DNA of 64,000 nt from Fistulifera solaris (GCA_030295235.1 AP026125.1:1426001-1490000); one strand, 5' to 3'; shown: positions 39,535 through 50,639, counted from the stretch's first letter. The notes: generated from the letters alone by a model not told the origin. Made by a program: numbers and translations.

Positions 39535-39862
39535 GGTTATGTTCTTTTTATCAAGAAAATGAGGTAATTATTGTTTTTCCGAATGCCGTTCCTTTGCTTT
39601 AAACAACAATAACTCATTCAATCGTCGAGAGACATTTTCTGCGCTTTTTTGTCCCGCCTCATCTCGATGACTTTTTCTTTTCTAAATGAAAGGTATCCTA
39701 GCGGTATAAAGCTCAAATAACTCGAAACTCTATGGTAGCAGATGAAGCCCGCAGCAATGCGAACAGAGACGACAAAAACAGCCTTTTTTCGCGGACGCTT
39801 TTTTTCATTCAAAAAGAAATGGGAAATAAAAAGAAAGGCAAAGCATTTGTAATAATACAAAC

Positions 39863-41418
39863 ATGACTACCGCGTCAATTTCGTGTGCCATAGACCGTAA
39901 CGATGCAAGCTTTCCGACGGACACTCATTGTTCACGAAAGGATGAACAAAGTCTACAAACAACGGCGGATGAACATGACGCAACCGAATATCGCAATCCA
40001 CTCATGAATTTGTTCGGAAGCAATAGCACGAAGCGTTTTGATCAAAATGAAACAGAGTTGGATGATATTCGTGTTCTTTCTTTCGTCAGCCGAGAGCGCG
40101 AACCCGGCTTTGACGATTGCCCCGAATACAGCTATGATTCTGACAATGAAAATACTTCACAGAACGATTGTCATGAGACACATGGTTCCGACGACGCACA
40201 CGGATCCTTGCAAGCTTACATTCTTGGAAAGAAATATCATCCCGTTCATGACTACACGCTTCGGAGAGAGGACGAAATATCACTATTTTGGTTCACCTAT
40301 CGCTGCGATTTTCCCGAAATAAAGCCATATCGAATTCAAAGTGATGCTGGCTGGGGTTGTATGTTGCGATCCGCTCAGATGATGCTCTGTCAAGTCTTAC
40401 GACTACATTACAAATCACGTACATGGAGACCTCCCAAGTCGTTAGCGGCACGGCGACAAGACCCATTCGTCAGTAGATTGATGACTTGGTTTGCCGATTT
40501 TCCATCGACCACAGAATGTTTTTATTCCTTTCAGAATATGGTAGCGGCTGGACTGAACTATGATAAATTACCTGGCGAATGGTACGGACCTGGCACGGTG
40601 AGCTTTGTCATTCGCGATTTAGTAGCTATACATGACCAACAAAGGCAAGAGCTCGACAAGACTCTATTTCGAGTGCACGTTGCAAGTCAAGGCACGGTGT
40701 ATCGTGACGAGGTACGCCGATTAATGATACAAGGCGCAAATACCGCTGCAGCTCTTACAAAAGGAGGAACCGCATCGAGGCCAGGTGCTGCGCATCCGCT
40801 AGACCACGCTGCTTGGGAAGAAGATCATCTTGAAAAAGTACCCGACTGGGACACTGCCTTGCTGCTATTGATCCCTTTGCGTTTGGGTCTGAAAACATTT
40901 AATTTGGACTACGTCCGAGCACTTGCACATACCTTTTCGTTGCCTCAGTCTGTCGGCGTGTTGGGGGTCGCCCACGTGGAGCGCGGTATTTTTACGGCGC
41001 ATTTTCCGATGGATCAAAAATTTTTGGTCTCGATCCGCATACTGTTCAAGCTGCACCACAGCGTGCTTCTGTGAGCATCAACGGAGAGTTGTCGTCAATG
41101 ATAGATTTATCAGACGAAAATCTTCGGTCCATACATACAGCCTACCCCGAATCTATTTCGCTCGAGAAAATGGATCCGAGCATCACCCTTGGGTTTTACT
41201 GTGAAAACGAACGTGATTTACAATTTATTTTTGAAAGCGTACAACAGTGGAAGACCGAAAATCCTGGGTCGCCGGAGCTGTTTACGACGGCAAATTATTC
41301 GCCGGACTACGCAGCAAATATTTCGTCAACCATGAAGAAAATCATGCTATCCAGTTCCTCGCTCCTTGACACGGAGGAAGATCAAATAAGCGACGAAGAT
41401 GACTATGTCATGCTGTGA
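39863..41418 (+). CDS. ATG4: Autophagy cysteine protease ATG4 (frameshifts ~40965-41070)
   Basis: WFTYR..SDAGWGCMLRSAQM, PGEWYGP, LIPLRLG, LDPHTVQ (alternate frame) and MDPSITLGFY. Confidence 0.93.
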
Positions 41419-41684
41419 GGTATCCGAAGGTATAACGTTGACAAAATTTCATCTATTTTTATAATAATTTAATTTAACCCAAATTTGTTATCGAGTGCTG
41501 CGCGTTGCTGCGCGATGCATAGATTGAATACCGCACCCGTAAAGAAAGTCCATCCACAATCGCACTGGTATCCAATTGTATGCTGCAACATGTGAGCGGT
41601 TTTAAAAGCACCAGAACAAAAAAAACTTCACCATGGCGCGCAAAATTTTTATTGCAAGCATCACATGATAACCAAAAGAACGCT

Positions 41685-41766
41685 CATAAGACCGGCACTC
41701 TAACCACTGAGTTACTAAGGCATTTAGCAATACCTTAGGCGAGGTTTGAACTCACGACCTCCGGCT
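41685..41766 (-). tRNA. trnI-UAU: Circularly permuted tRNA-Ile(UAU): 3' half 41766-41731, 9-nt spacer, 5' half 41721-41685
   Basis: The halves reassemble into a 73-nt cloverleaf: GCCUUAGUAACUCAGUGGUUAGAGUGCCGGUCUUAUG|AGCCGGAGGUCGUGAGUUCAAACCUCGCCUAAGGUA. Confidence 0.88.
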
Positions 41767-41848
41767 CACTAGCGTTGGGGTTAAGCCATTTTATCCTCAA
41801 CACCCGCGTGTTGACACTATGGTTCGAACAGCGCAACTGACGAATTTC

Positions 41849-42496
41849 ATGCTATACAAAGTTGTTTCTTTTGTAGACACTAGTATTAGCTGTACCGTAT
41901 CTGGAATTAAGATTAAGGATATCTCCGCTGCAGCAAGCAGTAAAAGCAAAAGCCATCGAAAAAAAACGACCATGATGACGACCACCAGCGATGCATATAA
42001 AAAGTGCGGCCGCTGCTGTCCCCTTGCAATCAAACACTCTCTCTTCCGGCCTTACCGATAGACTAACACAAATGGTTACTTTCGAGCACATGACGAAGCT
42101 CGTAACCGCATTAGAAGCATCGCAATCTAAACTTTTGACCTATGGCACCAATTGATACGTTAGTTGACTTGATGATTGAAATGCAATACGAATTATATGA
42201 GAAGTTACTACGGTGCCTTAGGGTGTCTCGAATAGAGACTTCTCATTTGAACAGAGAGATTCTCATTGAATCATCCGAACCTAGAGCGTACCAGTCCCGG
42301 TTGATTCGTGAATCAACCATACACTGTAGTTTTTTATAAAATAGAAAAAATATCCTCAATAAACAAAAAGTCAGCGAGCGCGACCGTCTCAATAAAGAAA
42401 ACCCAGCCTACGTGACTCTCTCTATCAGCACAGCCATTTCCAGTTCAACTTTATCCTTTTGCAGATCTTCCTATCCTTTCCTTCTTCAAAAACGCT
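41849..42496 (+). pseudogene. Decayed duplicate of the LSM2 upstream region, ATG, intron and first codons of exon 2
   Basis: Colinear similarity to 49397-50326. It has an extra ~310 bp in the intron and a 5-nt duplication in exon 2, and stops after AAAACGCT. Confidence 0.85.
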
Positions 42497-42832
42497 ATAT
42501 GTCGTATCAAGATTATGTCTAATGTTTATCACTATTTCGTGTTGTGCCGCGATCGTGCTCGCACGGAACATTGGATCACATACAAGTCCACCGACTCAGA
42601 GCGAAGGCCCGATTCACTAAATCGGAAAAGCAATCAACCAATACTCTGTTTACAATGAAAAATTGACCAAATCGCTTTGCCGAAAGCGTGCATCAAAGTG
42701 TCAACTTGCGATAAGATGGCAACCCAAAACTTACTGTCCGCACGAACGCGTCTCGTGGCTTTTCTACGCTCATGCGTCTACGCCACCCCAATTATTTTCT
42801 TTTAGATGCAATATAATTAGTTTTCTTACTTC

Positions 42833-45800
42833 TTAGTCTTCCCCAGAATCGTCGTTGAATGCATTGTCATTTTCGTCAACCGGCGCTTCATCCGAGGGCT
42901 GGACGTTTGTCACTTCCAACAAGTCAGAAGGATCGTCGAGCATCACTTGCGAAAGTTCGGAAAGCTCAGACGATACCGCAACAATTTCTTCCAAAGGTTC
43001 TAGAACGACACAGGGGGGTGGTCCCTCCGACCCTTCTGTCCTCTTGGCATTACGCAACAACCTCGCCGCTCGCTGAATTTTCTTTGTCTCATTGTAGCAA
43101 TCATTGCACTTTGACTGCTATTGCTTCCAACAATCCCACGCATCATAGAACTTATCAAGGTCCTTTGCTTCAAAGCACTTAGAACATATTTTCTGGTGAG
43201 GTAGTTCATTCGTACGGTCAACTTTGCTTCTTGCAATTTTCCCCGTCTTCGGCTTTTTGCAAGCAGCTGGCTTTCTCTTGGGCGCGAGCTTAATGGTCTT
43301 TGTGACTTTGGTCTTTGATTTACCCATCCCCATATTATCATCCATTCCCTCATCATCGGAGTCGTCAGAATCATCACCCTGAAACGGATCCTGGCGACCC
43401 AAGTCACTTTCGAGTCCCTTCTGCCGGTGCGTGGCTAGCTTTTTCAACCGTTCCACCTCAAAATTCTCACCCTGGTCACTATCAGCGTCGTCGTCGTAGT
43501 CAAAACAGGTTTGCGGAATCGTCGGAGGCACTATCTGCACGTCAAAGTTTATGCGGTTTCGATACGAGTGATTCTTTCGATGCTCTATTGCTTTTTCCCT
43601 TGCTCCTTCTTCCCCCCAATCTCGAGTAGAAAAATATGCTGGCCTTGGAATTGAACCAGTGGGTCCGCTTGATGTGTATTCACGACCCAATGCCACCCAC
43701 TGTGATGGTTTATCAACGTTCTTACTGCTCCTGAAAACACCAAGTACTGTTCCGTCTTCGCGTCGTTGCCCTTCTGTTCGGTCTTTCTTTTGGTTGTTGG
43801 CTTGATGGATAACCCCTCGTGGCAGCAGATTTCCACAGCTATTGTTTGTACGGTCTATGTCGGCATGGTCACATGTTTGGCCTCTCTTCAATTTCTTTCC
43901 GGTATGGCATTCAACGGCAAATCGAGAGAAATTTACAGTCCTTTAACACGCGCAATCGTAAAAGTGATCCGAAATGAAATCCTCCCATCCACTCTGCTGA
44001 CCCTCATTTGAATGGGGACGTGTCTTTTGGTTCGAGAGTTATAGACATACGTCCCTTCGTCGTTGACGTAAAGATACGGAAAACGAGGGCTTTTCCGCCA
44101 ATTATCTATGCCCTTGTGAAAGCGATTCTTGTCGCGAAACAGTGTATATGTATCGTACGTTTTCTCCTTCTCACTAACATAGCAAATCCAGAAAAAGATT
44201 TTGATGAGTCGTCTCGATGGTTTTCTAGTACGCAAGAGGAAAGTGGAAAATACCTTTTGTTTTGCTTCAGATTGTGTTTCTTGCTGTTATCTGACCGCGA
44301 TACCCAAGCTAGCTTTGTAATTCGATTGTCCCAAATGGGGCCATGGTGGTGTCCGACATGCCCACGTGGTCGTCTACCACGGAATGTAACCAACATAAGG
44401 TTGTGCAGATGGAAAGTTTTGTGAGCACCATTGCAAAGATTGCAAAAGATAGTCATCATCCGGTAACCGTCACTATCCAGTCGATAACTAAGAAGGTAGT
44501 AGGTTCTGGTGAAAACATGCCCCCGGAATAGCCCAAAAATTCCATATACACACTGTCTGCGCCTCGTTTCTTGTACGTTTGCCCCCAACTGACATGGCAA
44601 CTCACGACGAAGCCATCAACATGGCAGAAATACACGACGGGATAGTGGTTGCATACTGCTCCGCAGATATTCTTTGCAGCGACAATTGTCACTTGTCCTC
44701 TATCATCACTGTCATTCATTCTCTCTCCTATATTGGTTGGCTTCAAAGTAGGGTAAGGAATGCGTTCGGTATTGTGTCCTAAAAGAAAATGCGCACGGTT
44801 GAAATCGGCCGCTTCGTCTGGGTCGGCATCAATGTCCACAGGCTGTTCGGTGTCTGCTAATTGGGGGTCCATGTCATCCTCCTCGGGCTCTGAGTCCGAA
44901 TCCGTGTCCAATTCTGCATCTGAATCAACTTCAGTGGAGCCAAAACATTTGTTCAGTTGAGCTGCATCAAATGGGATCTGTTTCAGTTTGCCAGCATTCA
45001 TCCATTCTTTGATTAGTTTTAGTGGGACTTTTACTTCTTTATGCGCATTCCCCTGGCTGGCGTTAGGAGGATTGGGGGAATTGGAAATGATTCTTGAAGA
45101 AAAAATACGCTCGTGAGTGCAGCGATCCAGATTTCATTGAAGCCCGTCCACTTACTCGTTCATGTAGTAATTATTTGTCAAAATTCTCAACAAATCACTA
45201 TTTTCGGGATTCGTTTTCCCCGTAAAAGCCCCCGGTTCTAATTGTTGGACGCCCAAGTGTCTGCTTTCGCTCTCATCGCCTTCGCTTGAACGACTTTCGC
45301 TCTCATTGCTTACACTTGCAAGTGAATCTTCTAAATCTTCCGTTTCAAAAGCATGCTCGACGCCCCTTTTTGCTTCGTAAACAAAACCCTGAATGTCTAA
45401 GTCTTTGGCGCCGTACGTATCTAGAATGAACGACGTCAGCGACGCCTGTCCCCTGCAGCGAGTGCGCGTAGCACACTTCGTAGTAGGGTTCTGATGAGAA
45501 TCGACAAAGTCGAAAATGATGTCGCCATCGTCACTGGCGTACTTCAACACGCAGAAAACATGATCGCCGATGAGGATTGTGCCCGCTGCTTCCTGGCTTG
45601 CGGTCGCCAGTGCGCTCAAGAACTCATGTAGTGTCCTATCGTCTTTAATCGTCCCTTCATACCCCGGAGATCCGTCAGGTGAGTCAATCCGTTGCAGGTC
45701 GGACAAGAGTTCCGCATTCACATGCAAATGGTCGAGAAAACCATAGCGTGTCGGATTTTGTTTCCGTTTCTTTTGTCCTTGATTTTGCACCGGTCGGGGA

Positions 45801-48370
45801 TATTTGGGTCGAAGTCTTTCAAGTATTGAAAGGCAGTCAAGATCGATAATATTGAGGATTTGAAAATTATCTGGCACAGCAGCAACAGCCGACCCCAGAA
45901 ACAAACGAGCAACAAGTGCCGAAATGACTGGACATCCATTTTCCGACGTATAAGGATTTCCGTCCTTTCCCAAAAAGGGCGGATTTAATTTTCGGCCTTG
46001 AAATGTATTGATGTGGACTTGTATAGGTCGAGAGTCCTCAGCGACCCTTTGGGACTCGGCTCTAAAAATGACAAGAAACAACCACACCGTGAGCGTAGCG
46101 GCACAGAATATCTTCGACGTTCCCGTAACTTACTCTTTTGTATCATTCTTGGCGTGCCCGGTCCGTTTCGTTCTGTTAGCCTTTTTCCAGAAGGGCCGCT
46201 TTTCAATTGTGACGATGCGGGCTCGAAATCGAGTACACGCTTGATTGAATTGAGCCCCGTGTCCTCAAGATCAAACCAGAGTGGTCCCCTTGAGGACATT
46301 CCGGTCGCTGTGTCATTCTCTTCAGCACAAATATTCTCGGAGAATGCGAAAGGTTGCTTCAGCGAGTCCATTGTAACCGGATGCTGGAAAGCCGAGCCGG
46401 CATCTGCGTGTTGTCGAGTTGCAGGCTTTGATTAAGGGAGTAAAAAAGTAAGCTTCTGGTTTGTACTGCAAGAGGCAACTGGAAATTTCGAGCTACTTAC
46501 CGAGATTTCGTTCGCAACTCCCTCCTCCGGTTCATAGACGTAGCCCAGAAACATCTCTCCTGCGCAGCCATACGTCTCCAAAATGTAGGACTCCAGAGCC
46601 TTCTGTTCTTTGAAAAGAGTACGCGTGGCGCATGAATAACGATATTTCTCAATGTTTAAAGAATCGACAAGATGGAAATCGACGTCACCATCGCCAATGT
46701 GATGCTTCAAAATGCAGACAGAATGACCGCTGATGAGCAGTGTGGCCGCTGCATTGTTGCGCGTATTCGCAAGTGCACTCAAAAATTCCCCTAGCGCTTT
46801 AGAATCATCAGCAGGTCCTCCATACGCCGGATAATCCTCGCCTCTTTCAACCGCTTTCACTTTGCCTTCGCCTAATTGCCCGAGTATGTAATTATTAACG
46901 TCCATGGCCTCTAGATAATCACCGTAACTGAGATTCGACATATCCCGAAGAAACTTGAGCAATGGAACACATTCCTCATCAATAATTTCAATGAGCCTGG
47001 CTTCAGAGGGCACGGGATCTGTGGATGCATCAGCGCTCTCTACTTTCAGAAAATCAAGTGCGACGAGTGCCGAAATGACTGTACAACCGTTCAACGACGT
47101 ATAGGGGCTTCCATTGTTATTTAAAATGGGATTCCGGTAACGATCCTTGACCGGCTGTAGAAGTTTTCGTCCTTGAACGGTATGGATGAAGAATACTTGA
47201 CTTGACCGAGAAGACCCGGTGCCTCCCATTAGTCGCGCTGACAAATGCAGTGTCGAGTCCTTTCGAATGTTATAGTCACGCAAAGTACGACCATCCTCGA
47301 GCACTTTAGTGGAAAAGCTCAAACATTGTGCATCAGGAGGAATACCTTCCTTCTCCTGAATCAACGACTTGATTTTGCTTATCGAGTAAAGAGCGTCGGC
47401 GTCCAGGACAAGAGTCTTTCCCGCAAGACCCTTCATAAAGATTTGCAAACAGGGGGCGTTGGGTGCAGGCGTTTGCTCAGCGTTACTCGGAACGGGTTTC
47501 GACGGATAAAATCGAGCGTTTCGAAGACGAATTGGAAACGAACGATGAACCAAACCACGATATGACAAAAATCGACGACTTCGGTGCTTCTGCTGTTTCT
47601 TTTCCCAACGTTCACGGGCACGACGAGCACGTCTAGGCGACAAATCGTCGACAGCAAGTCTGTAAAATAACAAAAAAGCAGAATTTACAGTGAGTGCAGA
47701 TGCTCGCTCTTTTGTAAAGCAATTGTGGCTACTTACGGCATTGCTACTTCCGGAGTTCTCCAAGGCCCCGGTGGCTCACGGTTCTTCCAAAAGAGTCCCT
47801 TCTTTTGTAGTAATTCTTCTTCCTCTTGTAGTTCTTCTTCTTCTTCGACTTCTTCTTCTTGTTCTTCTTTTTCTTCCGGCTCTTCTTCTTTTGCGGAAAG
47901 TGCGTATGAGAAGAAGAGGTCGCACCAACTGGGACAGGGGTCGTGGTGGTTCGTTCAGCAGCGAGGAAACCAAACACCGTCGAGAAATTTAAAGCAACAA
48001 AGGCGAAATTCTTTACTATCGACCAAGAATTTACAGCTCCAACGACGAGCTGCCGTAGACTAGTCATTCGAGCCCAAATTCCAAAGAGAAAAGCTGCCCA
48101 GTCGCTCTTCTTCGGGTCGCGGTTGAACGGGGTATCTTTCTTGTCACACAGTAGATGCTGCCCTTTTTCAAAAGACATGAAACTATCCACCGGTTCATCT
48201 TGAGCATCATCATCTTCAAGACAAGCAAACCGGTTGTTATGAACAACGACAAAAGAGAGTTTTTTGTTTCCGGCAGTAAAAGAACTGCTTTTTCCCGAGT
48301 CGAAAATAAAGCCATTCGAATCCAGGCCAGGCGGGTCTACGATCAAATTGCGATGTCGTTCCGACTTCAT
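42833..48370 (-). CDS. Putative spliced polyprotein: ubiquitin, 2x tegument-like deubiquitinase, 2x HNH endonuclease, AP2, zinc finger
   Basis: Four GTAAGT..AG introns (47736-47660, 46500-46426, 46133-46062, 45155-45093). Two of them join neighbouring ORFs exactly in frame. Several frameshifts and one in-frame TAG (43118-43120). Confidence 0.6.
47221..47448 (-). other. Ubiquitin-like domain (76 aa, ends GG) within the polyprotein
   Basis: [58 protein letters not shown]. Confidence 0.92.
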
Positions 48371-49526
48371 AGCTTCTTTCGATTCGAGGGAAAGCTTTTG
48401 TGTGATAATGAGACAAGACGAGACCGCGTTGTGCCGTTTGCGGCTCCGTTTGCGGCTGGTCGGAAAAAGATCATGATGTTTTCCACAGTTCGAGGAATTG
48501 ACGAGGAATGCATTTTGTATAAAAGGAAAAAGTAAGTTCTATGGAACGAACTGTGCTCGATCGTCTGCTTACGGGATACGGGACCAACCGACCATCGACA
48601 ACGCCACAATGTGACGCACTAATAGGTTTTCGAATTCATAGTGACTTAACTCAAAAGTCCAACTTGCGACATACAGGCGACGATTGCAAAGACCAAACTC
48701 TTCCACAACTGATTGCCCGATGGACAAACGATAGTCACCACTTAACACCACAGCCATGCAGTGCAAAATACGCTGGGTCAATATGATTGTCAATAAAGAC
48801 CGACAACATCTCGACGTGACGATTTTGTGGCTCTCCAAGACCGATTTCATTTGGCCTCTTTTCAATAATCCGAGAGGGTTCCCTCTAATTTCGTTGCAAG
48901 ATATCAACAACCCTCGCTATCAGCGAATGGGAGAGAGACATATTTGGTGAGTTGTTAAAAGCGTGGCGGAGAACCAAGGAGAATTTTCCAAATTTCCGGC
49001 CTTTGTCATCCATGTTAGCCCGGCTTCGTCGCTTTATGTTCGCTCTGCGCTGGCTCCGTAAAGCCTTTGTAAGAAAGCATCATTTCGACAGAAATTAAAA
49101 GGAGAAGCGACGCCCGAAGGTAAATGAATGGTTGTTGTGATGTTGTGATGCAAAAAGATGTGACGAAACTTCCACGTTCTTCGAGGTGTGAGGGATAGGA
49201 GTGCGTCGAGCTTTTCGGTATGTCGAGGTTGGTGTGCGGACGGCGGACGAACGAGGAGGGGGATGCGGGATCGGATCGGATCCGGGATGGCTTACAAAGT
49301 ACTCCGTAATAAGCAACGCGAGATGAAAAACCCTAATCGAAAAGATCTTTCCCGACAACTACGAGCAGCAGAAATAATGGAAAATTTTACTACGGTATGC
49401 TATACAAAGCTCTTGTATGTTGACCGTAGTATTACTGTATCCGGAACTAAGATTTAAGGAATTTCTCCACTCCAGCAAGCAGCAAATACAAGTAAAGCAG
49501 CAAAAGCAGAAGCGATGGAAAAATAA

Positions 49527-49980
49527 CCACACGCCCACATTTTCTGGACACGTAAAAATACCACACACCCACATTTTCTGGACACGTGAAAAGTAGTCTA
49601 CTTTCCCACATTTTCTGGACACGTAAAAATACCACACCCCCACATTTTCTGGACACGTAAAAATACCACTCGCCCACATTTTCTGGAGACGTGAAAAGTA
49701 ATCTACTTTCCCACATTTTCTGGAGACGTGAAAAACCACACCCCGACATATTCTGGTAACGTAAAAAACCACAATCCCATATTTTCTGGGAACGTGAAAA
49801 AACCACTCGCCTGCATTTTCTGGACACGTAAAAATACCACACCACAATATTTTCTGGAGACGTGAAATTACCACACCTACATATTTTCTGGACACTTGAA
49901 ACTCTTGCATGAAAAAAAACCTCCCAAATTTTCTGGAAATGTGAAATTACTACACACCCAATTTTTTCGGGACAGGAAAC
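49527..49980. repeat. Minisatellite, ~34 bp unit, ~13 copies
   Basis: Consensus ACCACACnCCCACATTTTCTGGACACGTAAAAAT. Confidence 0.92.
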
Positions 49981-50049
49981 GACGTTAAAATTCTGCCTCG
50001 CCGTAGGCGCTACGTAGAAATTTGTACTGAGAGGCAGAATTTTAACGTC
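49981..50049. repeat. Perfect 19-bp inverted repeat, 31-nt spacer
   Basis: GACGTTAAAATTCTGCCTC (49981-49999) / GAGGCAGAATTTTAACGTC (50031-50049). Confidence 0.95.
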
Positions 50050-50220
50050 CGTTCCTACGTGAAAAAATGAACGACCATGATGACCGCACCAGCAATGCAT
50101 TCTAAAAATTAAGTGCGCCCGCTGCTACGCCCGCTGCTGCTGCGTCCACTTTGCAATCAATTATTAAACACTCTCTCCCATCAAAACAATCTTTCCGGGC
50201 TTACCGATAGACTACTACAA

Positions 50221-50600
50221 ATGGTAAATTGAACATCGAGCTCATCACGGAACCCGTAACCGAAATAGAATCATCGCAATCTAACTTAATCCTTTTGCAG
50301 ATCTTCCTATCCTTCTTCAAAACGCTGGTGGGCAAAGAGGTGGCTGTGGAATTAAAAAATGATGTGGTAATGATGGGGACTCTTCACAGTGTAGACCAGT
50401 ATTTGAATGTCAAATTGTTAAACGTTCAAGTCGTTCAGCCAGAAAAATATCCGCAACTCACGGCGTTACAGAGTTGCTTTATTCGAGGAAGCGTCGTGCG
50501 GTATATCCAAATTCCACCGGAACACGTTGACACCGAATTGTTGCAAGACGCAGCGCGCAAAGAAAATGCACCCGCTTCTGCCAAAGCAGTGAAATCGTGA
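50221..50600 (+). CDS. LSM2: U6 snRNA-associated Sm-like protein LSm2
   Basis: ATG 50221-50223; intron 50224-50300 (branch CTAAC); IFLSFFKTLVGKEVAVELKND..GTLHSVDQYLN..CFIRGSVVRY..LLQDAAR. Confidence 0.95.
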
Positions 50601-50639
50601 GCATAAACGACGTCGTTTAAACATATGGAATAAGTTATA

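Larger units (their letters stand above)
42497..49396. mobile_element. Putative inserted selfish element or island between the duplicated LSM2 5' regions
   Basis: Flanked by long diverged direct repeats, next to a tRNA gene, and encodes HNH endonuclease domains. No transposase or integrase was recognised. Confidence 0.5.

Noticed and set aside
41685..41766. Remnant of two tandem conventional tRNA genes
   Set aside because: Neither flank continues into the missing halves. The break is exactly at 37/38 and the leader and trailer are complementary.
43118..43120. Programmed read-through of the in-frame TAG in the zinc finger
   Set aside because: No supporting signal; sequencing error or decay is equally likely.
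47744..47900. Poly-lysine C-terminus of ORF 47744..48370 as a separate gene
   Set aside because: The frame that splices correctly into the ubiquitin exon reads this tract as poly-glutamate ([15 protein letters not shown]), so an upstream frameshift is more likely.
49359..50100. 183 aa and 217 aa repetitive ORFs
   Set aside because: Translations of the 34-bp minisatellite.
41849..50326. LTR retrotransposon
   Set aside because: The direct repeats are host LSM2 sequence, and no gag, RT or integrase motifs were seen.
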